A stretch of DNA of 54,473 bases from Gemmatimonadota bacterium (GTDB taxonomy: Bacteria; Gemmatimonadota; Gemmatimonadetes; Gemmatimonadales; GWC2-71-9): the NCBI GenBank assembly GCA_039588295.1, contig JBDHAB010000017.1, positions 1-54,473 of the forward strand, read 5' to 3'. Positions within the stretch are counted from its first letter, which is position 1. Each line of letters opens with the position of its first letter. Positions 16,716-27,498 of the stretch are shown here, one piece after another. A model generated the notes under the pieces. The model did not search any database, was not told the origin of the DNA, and saw nothing but the letters and a program-made list of their open reading frames with translations. The position numbers and the translations under genes are program-made.

Positions 16716-18284
16716 TTGTGGGACATGGCTCTGATATGTACCAGCCTACGGCAGCGCCACACCTTGGCGATCAGCTGCGCCCTTCTTCTCATCGGGCCGA
16801 CTTCTACCGCTGTCGGTCAACAACTTCCAGCCAACGCTCGACTGCCGCTGGAGCACTGGTCTGTTCCATTTCTGGAGCATCTCATTCAGCGACGGATCAT
16901 CTCCGACCCGAGTCCACTGATGCGGCCGTGGCGCGTCGGGGAACTCGCCCGGGAGCTGCACGGCGTCGACACAACGGCACTGTCGGTTGCAGAGCGTCGC
17001 ACGCTGCGGGAAGTGATGAAGGAACTCGGGTCTAAGCGCCCGGACCCGAGCTACCTCGCCGGAGTCGGCGGGGGGCTGGCGGCCTCGTCGTATTCGCGAC
17101 GCCCAGAATTCGAGCTACGTGAGACGGGCGACAGCCGGGTGACGCCCGAGGTGCGGGCGCTTCTCTCACTGGAATTCGGGCCAGGTCTTCTCATGCTGGA
17201 TACGCGTTACCTCGAGGATCTCGAGGACGATCCAGACTACGCGGGCACGCCGGGTCGGATGCAGCTCAAGTCAGACGCGACGTATGGGCTCTTCAACTCG
17301 ACGTATTTCGATCTCGATATCGGGTCGCTTTCCAGAAACTGGGGGCCGCAGGGGTTTCCCGGTCTCCTCGTTTCAAATTGGCCGCTGAACTACGATCATC
17401 TCTACCTGGAGCTCGGACCCCGACGGCTGCATCTCTCGATGCTGGTCACCGAGCTCGATGATGCGAGGAACCCCCAGGGCCAACTCGCGAACCGCTATTT
17501 CGTGGCGCACCGGCTCGCGGCCACCCCTCTGAAGTGGCTCGATCTAGCCCTCTGGCAAGGGACGGTGTTCTCCGGTGTAAACCGGAACATCGACCTTGGC
17601 TTCCTGAATCCGTTCCAGTTCACCAATATCTCGCGGTCGCAGCGACGGGTGGAGTCGAACGTGATGCTCGGCGGCGACGCCCAGGTGCGAACGGGTCGGT
17701 TCATCCTGTCCGCGAGCTTGTTCGGAGACGACTTCGATTTTGGGAGTGACGAGCCCTATTCGTTTGGTGGGACCGCCACCGCCTCCACGAGCCTGGGCCA
17801 CACCTCGGTGTGGCTCGGGTATACCCTGGTGTCGAACTTAGCGTACCGTTCCAGCATCCGCATCGAAGGTCCGTTGCTGGGGATCGACTCGAGCCGACAA
17901 CGGTACGGGACAGGCCTGGGACGGAACTTCGCAGACTACCATCAGCTCACGCTTCGCGTGACGACCGTCCCGCTCGCGGGGCTCGTGGCCCGACCAGAAC
18001 TCACGATGCTCATGCAGGGCGAAGGTGATCCGCGTTCCCCGATGCCACCGGCTGCGGACTTTCCCAACACGCCAGTCTTCCTTGACGGCACCGTGGAGAC
18101 GACCTTCCGCGTGGGGTTGGCCCTCACGCTCCGACCCTTCAGTGGGGCGACCCTCGACCTCTCGGGCGGCATCCACCACATCCGCAATGCCGACCACCTG
18201 CCAGGGACGTCACGCACGCGAGGAGTGGGAGCCGTCGCAGCCAGGTACCTCTTCCAGTTCGGCGGGCCGATCGGACGCCAGTAG
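16716..18284 (+). CDS. Outer-membrane beta-barrel, capsule assembly Wzi-like
   Basis: Signal peptide; helical N-terminus with P..RPW; NWGP..GLLVSN, RYFVAHRL, FLNPF and NVMLG motifs. Exact start uncertain. Confidence 0.7.
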   Translation: MWDMALICTSLRQRHTLAISCALLLIGPTSTAVGQQLPANARLPLEHWSVPFLEHLIQRRIISDPSPLMRPWRVGELARELHGVDTTALSVAERRTLREVMKELGSKRPDPSYLAGVGGGLAASSYSRRPEFELRETGDSRVTPEVRALLSLEFGPGLLMLDTRYLEDLEDDPDYAGTPGRMQLKSDATYGLFNSTYFDLDIGSLSRNWGPQGFPGLLVSNWPLNYDHLYLELGPRRLHLSMLVTELDDARNPQGQLANRYFVAHRLAATPLKWLDLALWQGTVFSGVNRNIDLGFLNPFQFTNISRSQRRVESNVMLGGDAQVRTGRFILSASLFGDDFDFGSDEPYSFGGTATASTSLGHTSVWLGYTLVSNLAYRSSIRIEGPLLGIDSSRQRYGTGLGRNFADYHQLTLRVTTVPLAGLVARPELTMLMQGEGDPRSPMPPAADFPNTPVFLDGTVETTFRVGLALTLRPFSGATLDLSGGIHHIRNADHLPGTSRTRGVGAVAARYLFQFGGPIGRQ

Positions 18285-18455
18285 GCTCGGCCTGGCCACA
18301 GGTATCAGTGCCCGCCGACCACGGCTTGTTCTTCGCTGATGGAAGCTGATGCCCCGCGAGCGGCGTATCTTGGGATCATCACCTCGGGTGACGGGTAGCA
18401 GCACGGCATCCAAGGGCACAACTCCAAACGACATCGACGATAGAGGGAGAGCATA

Positions 18456-19670
18456 GTGAATTCCGTCCGAGTCCTTCTTGCAGGCACAGTCGCGCTGGCG
18501 ACAGTGCTGCCGCTCGCGCCCGTGCCGCTCTCGGCGCAGGGTGAGGGTGAGCCAGTTGTTATCGGTTCGCGCCACAGTCTGCAGTCTCACGTCCTTGGTG
18601 AGGCCCGTCCCTTCTGGGTCTACACGCCAGCCGGGTACGATGCGTCGGACGATGTGTACCCGGTCGTCTATCTGCTCGACGGCAACGCGCACTTCCACCA
18701 TACTACGGGTGTCGCCCAGTTTCTCGCAGCTCAGGGTCGCATGCCGCGAGTTATCGTGGTGGCCATCCCCAACACCGACCGCACCCGGGACCTCACGCCG
18801 CGAACGCGGACCGACACCACGAGCGCGTTTCCGACGGCAGGCGGTGCCGATAATTTCCTGCGCTTCCTCCAGGATGAACTTACCCCGTTCATCGACGGCG
18901 CCTATCGGACGGCGCCGTACCGGATCCTGATTGGTCACTCCTTCGGCGGGCTGTTCGTTGCTTACGCGCTGCTGACACAGCCCGACCTGTTCGACGCACA
19001 TATCGCCATCAGCCCGAGTCTCTGGTGGGACAACGAGGCCCTGATCCACAGCGCCGAGCAATTCTTCGGCGATCAGGAAGACAACGGGGGTTCGGACAGG
19101 AGCGGCTTTCTCTATATGACCATGGGGAACGAGGGCGGTAACATGCTGGCGGGCGCGTGGGGCATGGCGCGGGTGCTGGAAACCGGTGCGCCGGAGACGT
19201 TCCGCTGGGAGTTCGACGTCTTGGGCCAGGAAGATCACGGATCCGTGCCCCTTCGTAGCACCTATGCAGGGTTCGAGAAGCTGTTCGACGGGTGGCGGCT
19301 GGAGAATCCATTCCAGCTGGCGGCGGACCACGGCATGGTGGCGGTCGACGAGCACTTCGCCACGCTCTCGCAGCGCTTCGGCTACGAGATCCGGACGCCG
19401 GAGTTACTCGTCAACCAAATCGGCTACGGTTTCCTGGGACAGGAGCGCGTTGACGAGGCCATCACCATATTCGAAAGCAACGTCGAACGTTATCCTCGCT
19501 CGGCGAACGTCTACGACAGCCTCGGCGATGGGTACGATGCGGCCGGCAAGTGGAAGCTGGCTCGCGACAGTTATGCCAGGGCGGCGGCTCGCGGCCGCGA
19601 AATCGGCGACCCGAATCTCGCGGTCTATCAGGCGAATCTGGACCGGCTGGAGAAGAAGGTGGGCCGCTGA
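18456..19670 (+). CDS. Secreted alpha/beta hydrolase (IroE/BesA-like esterase) with C-terminal TPR
   Basis: YPVVYLLDG, RTRDLTP, GHSFGG nucleophile elbow, SPSLWW, EDHGS; TPR-like YPRSANVYDSLGDGY. Confidence 0.9.
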   Translation: MNSVRVLLAGTVALATVLPLAPVPLSAQGEGEPVVIGSRHSLQSHVLGEARPFWVYTPAGYDASDDVYPVVYLLDGNAHFHHTTGVAQFLAAQGRMPRVIVVAIPNTDRTRDLTPRTRTDTTSAFPTAGGADNFLRFLQDELTPFIDGAYRTAPYRILIGHSFGGLFVAYALLTQPDLFDAHIAISPSLWWDNEALIHSAEQFFGDQEDNGGSDRSGFLYMTMGNEGGNMLAGAWGMARVLETGAPETFRWEFDVLGQEDHGSVPLRSTYAGFEKLFDGWRLENPFQLAADHGMVAVDEHFATLSQRFGYEIRTPELLVNQIGYGFLGQERVDEAITIFESNVERYPRSANVYDSLGDGYDAAGKWKLARDSYARAAARGREIGDPNLAVYQANLDRLEKKVGR

Positions 19671-19755
19671 TTGATGCGGTTGCCGAGAACATCCTACCAC
19701 ACGGCCTTGCGGTTGCCCCAGTCGCTGGACCTCTTTTGTAGAAACGGAGGCCGCC

Positions 19756-20748
<993 letters not shown>

Positions 20749-20769
20749 TGCGGTGGTGCTCTGCGCAGT

Positions 20770-21714
20770 TCAACGCCTCTCGAACGCCACGAAGGCCACC
20801 TGGCGACTATCAGGCGACCATGAAGGAACATTGATGGTGCCCTGACCGCCTAGGAAGGGCGGCGTCAGGTCGCGCACCGAACCATCGCGCACGTCCATGA
20901 GACGAAGCTTCACCTGCTTGCCGAACGGATGGGCCTCGCCTTGGTCTTCGAGATAGGCGAGGAACACCACCCAGCGCCCATCGGGCGACGGGTGCGGAAA
21001 CCAGTTGGAGTGGGCGTCGCGAGTGAGCTGTTCGGCCCGACTGCCGTCCGAGCGCATGCGCCAGATCTCCATCCTTCCGCTACAGAATGAGTTGTAGTAG
21101 ATGAACGCCCCGTCGGGTGCGTAGTCGGCGGCGTCATCGAGGCCGGGGCAGGTAGTCAGGCGTCGCTCCTCTCCACCGCTCACCGGGATTGTATAGATGT
21201 CCCACTCGCCATCTCGAAGCGCAGTGAACGCGAGCGTCCTTCCATCAGGAGACCATCCATGCCAGAAACTTGGGGCCTTCTCCGTGACCTTCACCGGTGT
21301 CGGACTGCCACCGATGGGGAGGATGTAGATGCTTGACGCGAGCCAGTCTTGCTCCGGGTTCGTGATGTGCTCCTCTGCGTGGTGGCTCAGGACGAGGCTC
21401 CTGCCGTCGGGTGAGATACCGTGATCGTTGTTTACTCGGGTGGCGAAACCGGTTGGGATCTCGGCGAGGCGCCTGGCACCGCGAGTCGGCAGGCGGTAGA
21501 GCCGACCCTCGCTGTTCACCACGAAGAACCGCCCGTCTGGTGACCAGTTTGGGGCCTCAAAGTGCCGGTCGTCGCTGTAGACCGTTTCGACACGTCCGGA
21601 TTGAATCTCCACCGTCTGCAGTGAACTGCGGATTGTACCGTCGGATTGTCCGAGCACACTGCTCGGGACGACTACGCACGATACAAGAAGAAGGCGCGGC
21701 AGCGTGACAGTCAT
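20770..21714 (-). CDS. TolB-like PD40/WD40 beta-propeller periplasmic protein
   Basis: Repeated WSPDG/SPDG motifs; [16 protein letters not shown] and [14 protein letters not shown]; signal peptide. Confidence 0.88.
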   Translation of the reverse strand: MTVTLPRLLLVSCVVVPSSVLGQSDGTIRSSLQTVEIQSGRVETVYSDDRHFEAPNWSPDGRFFVVNSEGRLYRLPTRGARRLAEIPTGFATRVNNDHGISPDGRSLVLSHHAEEHITNPEQDWLASSIYILPIGGSPTPVKVTEKAPSFWHGWSPDGRTLAFTALRDGEWDIYTIPVSGGEERRLTTCPGLDDAADYAPDGAFIYYNSFCSGRMEIWRMRSDGSRAEQLTRDAHSNWFPHPSPDGRWVVFLAYLEDQGEAHPFGKQVKLRLMDVRDGSVRDLTPPFLGGQGTINVPSWSPDSRQVAFVAFERR

Positions 21715-21869
21715 AACGACACCGTAGATTGAGATCCGTCCGACAGGTAAAATGTAGCCCCGAGCTGGCAACATGGGTCACGGTGGGGTCCGGGCTCGTA
21801 TCGGCACCGGTGGATGCTTTGGCCGTTGCGGCAGGCGTCACCCACGAGGCGCCGGCCCTACACACCTCA

Positions 21870-23075
21870 CTAATAGACGATCTTCGCTAACCCAAACCAC
21901 TCTTCAATATCATCAGGATCTTGTGAGAATGAATCATCTAGTCCGAACTTCCACCAGGCATCGAGGTATTCATGGATGATGACACCAGCAGTAGGCTTCA
22001 AAGAAGAATCTATGTCGTCGAGGTTTTGCAGTAAGCCTTGTATTTGATCGGTCTCCGTATTTCCGCCATAGCCGTAGTTTGGAGGGCCCACCCGCATTGC
22101 GTTGGGAGAAACGCTCAATCCCGTTTCGGTGATCAACAATGGTTTGTCATCATACCTGGATTTAAGCTCTTCAATCCAACCCTGAAATAGTGTCCCGGAA
22201 CTGCGGCCAGGTAGTGTAGAGGGACGATAATATGGAACCGCATAGGAATAGGTATTGTGACTACGAAAATCCAGGAAGGGCGTGTCTATGAGATCAGCAG
22301 TTCGAATATCATTGGAATACGAGACCAATGAAATGTGCCCATAGGTATCACCTTCATAGCTTTTCACATAATCTGCCATTTCAGCAATGAAAGCCTCTGA
22401 AGCGTTTACATTTGGTCCTGTATCAATAAAGGTCCCGGCGTAACTGTCGATATCAGGATGAGCAGAATTCGTGGATAGAATCGATGCTTCACTTATTTCG
22501 TTCCCGACTAGATACGCAATGATAGGTGGTTTTGTGTCCTGGTACACTGAGTAGATTCTATCTATGATACTTCTTATGTAGGACTTTGTAGATTCTTTGA
22601 ATGCTGGGTCGTGAAGATCGGCAACCTCAGTCTCGATCCAGATGGTCTGAATGAAGAACAGATCTCCTGCATTTCTCAGAGACTCGTAGCAATACCGAGG
22701 CGCACCCCAGAAACGTATAGCGTTTGCTCCGATAGCCTTGATCTGAAGAATATCCCTGTCAATACTATTTCTCAGTCTTTCAGGAAGTGATCCGGCATTT
22801 TCAATTTCCCAGGGTAGGTATCCTGGATACCCCGGAACATATACGACGCCTTTGACAAAGAAGGGTGAGCCATCCTTCAAGATATGATCGTCATTGGTGC
22901 TAAATGTCTCATTCCCAGATACGTTCAACGCTGGAGCCCATTCGTTCTGGATTGCCCAAAGAGCCGGACGGGCCTCTACAGTGAACAGGTCCGTAAAACT
23001 ACTGTCAGGATCTTGTTCCTTGCATCCTTGAAGGATTAGGACAAGCACAGTAAATATGATGGATAGCCTTTTCAT
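21870..23075 (-). CDS. Clan GH-A TIM-barrel glycoside hydrolase (GH2-like) lipoprotein, low GC
   Basis: Lipobox LQGC; FFVKGVVY, GANAIRFW, VGNE (acid/base), PLLITETG (nucleophile), DAWWK and EEWFG motifs. Confidence 0.82.
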   Translation of the reverse strand: MKRLSIIFTVLVLILQGCKEQDPDSSFTDLFTVEARPALWAIQNEWAPALNVSGNETFSTNDDHILKDGSPFFVKGVVYVPGYPGYLPWEIENAGSLPERLRNSIDRDILQIKAIGANAIRFWGAPRYCYESLRNAGDLFFIQTIWIETEVADLHDPAFKESTKSYIRSIIDRIYSVYQDTKPPIIAYLVGNEISEASILSTNSAHPDIDSYAGTFIDTGPNVNASEAFIAEMADYVKSYEGDTYGHISLVSYSNDIRTADLIDTPFLDFRSHNTYSYAVPYYRPSTLPGRSSGTLFQGWIEELKSRYDDKPLLITETGLSVSPNAMRVGPPNYGYGGNTETDQIQGLLQNLDDIDSSLKPTAGVIIHEYLDAWWKFGLDDSFSQDPDDIEEWFGLAKIVY

Positions 23076-23151
23076 GCCAAAATTTACTCGCCTTGGTGTC
23101 TCTCTACCATTCTCACTGCCCCGAGACCGCGTTAGCCAGGAGCCCACAAGA

Positions 23152-23991
23152 ATGCCCGCCAGGCCGTACATTCTCGCAGAGACGACATGGAAGACCGTTC
23201 GGGAGATGGCGTACGAGGTCGCGGTACTCCCCTGGGGCGCGACGGAGGCTCACAACTACCATCTGCCATACGGCACCGACAACGTCGAGTGTGAGCACAT
23301 CGCCGCAGAGGCCGCCCGGCTGGCCTGGGATGCCGGCGCGCGGGTGGTGGTTCTGCCGATCCTTCCCTTCGGCGTGCAGACGGGTCAGCTCGACATCCCC
23401 TTCTGTCTCAACCTCCATCCGAGCACGCAGGCCGCCGTTCTGGGCGACCTCGCACGGAGCCTCGAGGGCCAGGGCGTCCGCAAGCTCGTGATCCTCAACG
23501 GGCACGGCGGCAACGATTTCCGGCCGACGATCCGAGAGCTCCACTCGCGCGTGAAGATCTTCCTGTGCGTGACGAGTTGGTACCAGGTCCTGGACGCGGG
23601 AGACTACTTCGACGATCTCGGCGATCATGCGGGCGAGATGGAGACCAGTATGATGTTGCACATTGCGCCGGAACTCGTGCGTTCTCTGTCCGAGGCCGGC
23701 GAAGGGAAGGAGCGGCGGTTCCGCATTGCAGCGCTGCGCGAGGGATGGGCCTGGGCGCCGCGCCAATGGACGCAGGCGTCCACCGACACCGGGATCGGTG
23801 ACCCCAAAGCCGCGAATCGGCAGAAGGGCGAGCGGTACACGTCGGCCGTCGTTGAGCGCCTGAGTCGTTTCTTCGTCGATCTCGCTACCGCAGATCTGGA
23901 TGACCTGTACGAGCAGCAACCCTCGGCGCATGCGGGACCGTATCGCCGCTCTCTCCAAGGCCGCGCCGACGCGGAGAGTTCCGCCGAGTGA
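23152..23991 (+). CDS. Creatininase/amidohydrolase family protein
   Basis: LPWGATEAHNYHLPYGTD, NGHGGN and HAGEMETS motifs; AGGAG RBS. Confidence 0.93.
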   Translation: MPARPYILAETTWKTVREMAYEVAVLPWGATEAHNYHLPYGTDNVECEHIAAEAARLAWDAGARVVVLPILPFGVQTGQLDIPFCLNLHPSTQAAVLGDLARSLEGQGVRKLVILNGHGGNDFRPTIRELHSRVKIFLCVTSWYQVLDAGDYFDDLGDHAGEMETSMMLHIAPELVRSLSEAGEGKERRFRIAALREGWAWAPRQWTQASTDTGIGDPKAANRQKGERYTSAVVERLSRFFVDLATADLDDLYEQQPSAHAGPYRRSLQGRADAESSAE

Positions 23992-24056
23992 TTACCGGCC
24001 GGCCGGTCGGCGCTCGTGGCGGACGGTGACGGGCTGGGCACCTACTCACACGATCT

Positions 24057-27000
24057 ATGAACATCATGCACCGAAATTCGTTCGCGCTCGTCGTGTCGCT
24101 CTTCTGCGTGGCGAGTTGCAGTGGCCAAGAACGCGCCGCACCACTGTTCCGCCTCCTGCCGCCGGAGCAAACCGGCGTCAGCTTCGCCAACACCATCACG
24201 ACCGATGATTCGGTGAACGTGCAGATGGATTCCTTCGTCTACAACGGTGGAGGAGTGGCCATCGGCGACATCGATAATGATGGCCTGGCAGACATCTACC
24301 TCACGGGTAACATGATCTCGAGCCGATTGTACGCGAACGACGGCGGAATGCGGTTCACCGATATCACGGAGTCGGCCGGACTGGTCACCGACCGGTGGGC
24401 GACGGGGGCCAGCCTGGTGGACATCGACGGCAACGGCTATCTCGACATCTACGTCTCCGTTTCCGGGCCCAAGTGGACCCCGGCGGAAGCCCGAGCCAAT
24501 CTGCTCTTCCTCAACAACGGCGACCGGACGTTCACCGAAGCGGCCGCGGCCTTCGGCATCGCCGACACGAGCTTCACCACGCATGCCGTCTTCCTCGATT
24601 ACGACGGCGACGGTGCGCTCGACCTGTTCGTGCTCAACAACGACCCGGCGGGTTTCGCCCGGGGCGAGGCCGAACGGCACCCGGCGGGGCTCCCCAGCAC
24701 GGACCCGGTGAGTCATGACCGCCTCTACCGCAACAGCGGCCGCGGCAGGTTCACGGACGTGTCGGCTGAGGCAGGCATCCTGCAAACAGTCGGGTTCGGA
24801 CTGGGGGTGGAGGCTGCCGACCTGAACCGGGACGGCTGGCCCGACATCTACATCTCGAACGACGACACACCCAGCGATGTGCTGTACGTCAACAACGGAG
24901 ACGGCACGTTCAGCGACCGGGCCGGCGCCTGGCTCCGGCATACCAGCTTTGCCGGGATGGGGATCGACATCGCCGATTTCAACAACGACGGATGGCTGGA
25001 CGTCTTGCAGACCGACATGGTGCCCGAGGACCTGGAGGCCCGCAAGCGGTCGACGGGTGCCCTGGACCATGCCGGGCGGATGGAGCTTCGCCGCCGCGGG
25101 TTCCATGCCGACTACCCCGTCAACACGCTGCAGTTGAATCTCGGCCTGACGGCGTCCGGCGACCTCCTTCTGAGCGAGATCGGTCGCATGGCCGGGATTG
25201 CCTATACCGGCTGGAGCTGGAGCGCGCTCTTCGCCGATTACGACAACGACGGATACAAGGACATTCTCATCACCAACGGGTACCCCAAGGCGGTCATCGA
25301 TTACGACTACCAGGTACAGATGTATGCGGTCCGCCGGCGGGGCGACGATCGCACGGCCCAGGTGATCCTCGACACCCTCCAGGGTTACGAACTGCCGAAC
25401 TACGCGTTCCGTAACACGGGTGATCTGACGTTCGCCAACGCGACCGATCCCTGGGGAATGGACCGGCCGAGCTTCTCCTACGGGGCCGCGTACGCCGACC
25501 TGGACAACGACGGGCGACTCGACGTCGTCATCAACAACATCAACGCCCCGGCCTTCGTCTACCACAACGTGGGACCTGCGAACGAGGAGCGGCATTTCCT
25601 GCAGGTACGGCTCGAGGGTGAGCCCCCCAACATCCGCGGGCTGGGGTCCACGGTGGCGGTCACGGGCGGCGGACGACGGCAGTACATCTACCACACGCCG
25701 TACCGAGGGTACCAGTCCAGTATGGATCACCGGATTCACTTCGGGCTGGGGACCGTTCAGCGCGTGGACAGCCTGGAGGTGGTGTGGCCCGATGGCCGGT
25801 CGCAAGTACTGACCGATCTGCAAGTCGATCGCGTGGTGACCGTGCGCCAAAGCGACGCGACGCCCGGGTCGGGTCTGCGCGGGATGGTCCCTGCCGACGA
25901 CCCGCTGTTCCAGCCCGTCACGGACGGCACTGTGCCGGCGTACCTGCACCGGGCATCGCAGTCCGTCGACTTCCGCGTCCAGCCGTTGTTGCCCTACCAG
26001 GTGTCCAAGCAGGGACCGCCGCTCGCGGTCGGCGACGTCAACGGCGACGGCCTGGAGGACGTGTTCGTCGGCGGGGCAGCGAATGCCCCGGGCACGCTGT
26101 TCGTGCAGCAGGCCGACGGCCGTTTCATTGCCTCCGTTGCCGGTCAGCCCTGGGAGGCCGACAGGCGCTACGACGACTGGGGGGCAACGTTCGTCGACGC
26201 CGACGGTGACGGTCTCCTCGATCTGTACGTCGCCACCGGCGGGTACCACCCCTCACCAGGGTCGACCCGGCTGCAGGACCGCTTTTACCGCAATGAGGGC
26301 GGCGGCCGTTTCGTGCGGGACAGTCTCGCCCTTCCACCGATGTGGACGAGCACCGCCAGGGTGGCGGCGGCGGATTTCACGGGCGACGGGAGGCCCGATC
26401 TGTTCGTCGGCGGCAGCCTGCTCCCGCGGTCCTACCCGCTGCCGACCCGGAGCTACCTGCTCCGGAACGACGGCGATCGCTTCACGGACGTCACGGAGGA
26501 CGTGGCCCCGGACCTGATCAGCCCCGGCGGCATGGTGACGGATGCGCTCTGGGTGGATTTCACGGCGGACGGCCGGCCGGACCTGGTGACCGCCGGCACG
26601 TGGATGCCCGTGCAATTCTACGAACACGATGGCGAGCGGCTGCAGAACGTGACCGCACGCGTGGCGCCGGCGGAAATGCGCGGGTGGTGGTACCGGCTGG
26701 CATCAGGGGATTTCAACGCCGACGGCCATCCCGATCTCGTGGCCGGGAACGTGGGACTGAATTTCGGCTTCACCACATCGACGGAGAGTCGGTTCGGCGT
26801 CTACGCAGCCGATTTCACCGGCAACCTCACCACGGACATTGTGTTCACCCAGGAGATCGACGGCGCGGAGTATCCGTTCTACGGTCTGGCGAAGCTCGGG
26901 AGGGCCATCTACACCGTTAGCGTGCCGTTCTCCACCTTCGCGGCGTTTGCCGGCGTCCCCGTGCAGCAGGTCTTCAGTGCCGCACAGTTGGAGCAGGCCG

Positions 27001-27392
27001 TCCATCGTCAGGTCGACACCTTCGCCAGCGTCTACCTGCAGAACGACGGCAGCGGCACGTTCGCGGCGGTCCCGCTGCCCCGTCTGGCGCAACTGGCACC
27101 CATCCACGCGATCCTGGTCTATGACGCCGACGCCGACGGCCACACGGATCTGCTCGTCGCGGGCAACCAATACCACACTGAGCCCAACACCGCGAGCGCC
27201 GACGCCGGCAACGGGCTGTGGCTCAGGGGTGACGGTCGTGGTGGACTCACCCCCGTATCGCCGCTCGTCAGCGGCTTCCTGGCCCCGTTGCAGGTTGCGG
27301 ATCTGGCATTGATCGCGACGCCGGCCGGCCCGGCCGTCCTCGTGGCCAACACGGGTGACTCCCTGCGGGCGTTCAGGGTCGGGGGCCGCTGA
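24057..27392 (+). CDS. VCBS/FG-GAP repeat lipoprotein with ASPIC/UnbV domain (CRTAC1-like)
   Basis: Many DxDxDGxxD repeats; YNGGGVAIGDIDNDG; RGYQSS...HFGLG...WPDG (ASPIC/UnbV); lipobox VASC. Confidence 0.92.
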   Translation: MNIMHRNSFALVVSLFCVASCSGQERAAPLFRLLPPEQTGVSFANTITTDDSVNVQMDSFVYNGGGVAIGDIDNDGLADIYLTGNMISSRLYANDGGMRFTDITESAGLVTDRWATGASLVDIDGNGYLDIYVSVSGPKWTPAEARANLLFLNNGDRTFTEAAAAFGIADTSFTTHAVFLDYDGDGALDLFVLNNDPAGFARGEAERHPAGLPSTDPVSHDRLYRNSGRGRFTDVSAEAGILQTVGFGLGVEAADLNRDGWPDIYISNDDTPSDVLYVNNGDGTFSDRAGAWLRHTSFAGMGIDIADFNNDGWLDVLQTDMVPEDLEARKRSTGALDHAGRMELRRRGFHADYPVNTLQLNLGLTASGDLLLSEIGRMAGIAYTGWSWSALFADYDNDGYKDILITNGYPKAVIDYDYQVQMYAVRRRGDDRTAQVILDTLQGYELPNYAFRNTGDLTFANATDPWGMDRPSFSYGAAYADLDNDGRLDVVINNINAPAFVYHNVGPANEERHFLQVRLEGEPPNIRGLGSTVAVTGGGRRQYIYHTPYRGYQSSMDHRIHFGLGTVQRVDSLEVVWPDGRSQVLTDLQVDRVVTVRQSDATPGSGLRGMVPADDPLFQPVTDGTVPAYLHRASQSVDFRVQPLLPYQVSKQGPPLAVGDVNGDGLEDVFVGGAANAPGTLFVQQADGRFIASVAGQPWEADRRYDDWGATFVDADGDGLLDLYVATGGYHPSPGSTRLQDRFYRNEGGGRFVRDSLALPPMWTSTARVAAADFTGDGRPDLFVGGSLLPRSYPLPTRSYLLRNDGDRFTDVTEDVAPDLISPGGMVTDALWVDFTADGRPDLVTAGTWMPVQFYEHDGERLQNVTARVAPAEMRGWWYRLASGDFNADGHPDLVAGNVGLNFGFTTSTESRFGVYAADFTGNLTTDIVFTQEIDGAEYPFYGLAKLGRAIYTVSVPFSTFAAFAGVPVQQVFSAAQLEQAVHRQVDTFASVYLQNDGSGTFAAVPLPRLAQLAPIHAILVYDADADGHTDLLVAGNQYHTEPNTASADAGNGLWLRGDGRGGLTPVSPLVSGFLAPLQVADLALIATPAGPAVLVANTGDSLRAFRVGGR

Positions 27393-27445
27393 GGTCCGGC
27401 GGGACGCGGCACGGGCGTCGCACGTTCCCCCGGGACGACGCACGA

Positions 27446-27477
27446 AGCCCGGCCCCGACAGGTATCGGGACCGGGCT
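27446..27477. terminator. Hairpin terminator between the convergent VCBS gene and susD
   Basis: AGCCCGG-CCCCGA-loop-TCGGGA-CCGGGCT followed by CTGTTTGT. Confidence 0.6.
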
Positions 27478-27498
27478 CTGTTTGTGGGACGACTCGTG

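Noticed and set aside
24042..26249. 735-aa minus-strand ORF, and similar long antisense ORFs (3111-4922, 29316-30686, 6440-7537, 49445-50596, 18210-19355)
   Set aside because: Shadow frames opposite well-supported genes; expected in high-GC DNA; no recognisable motifs.
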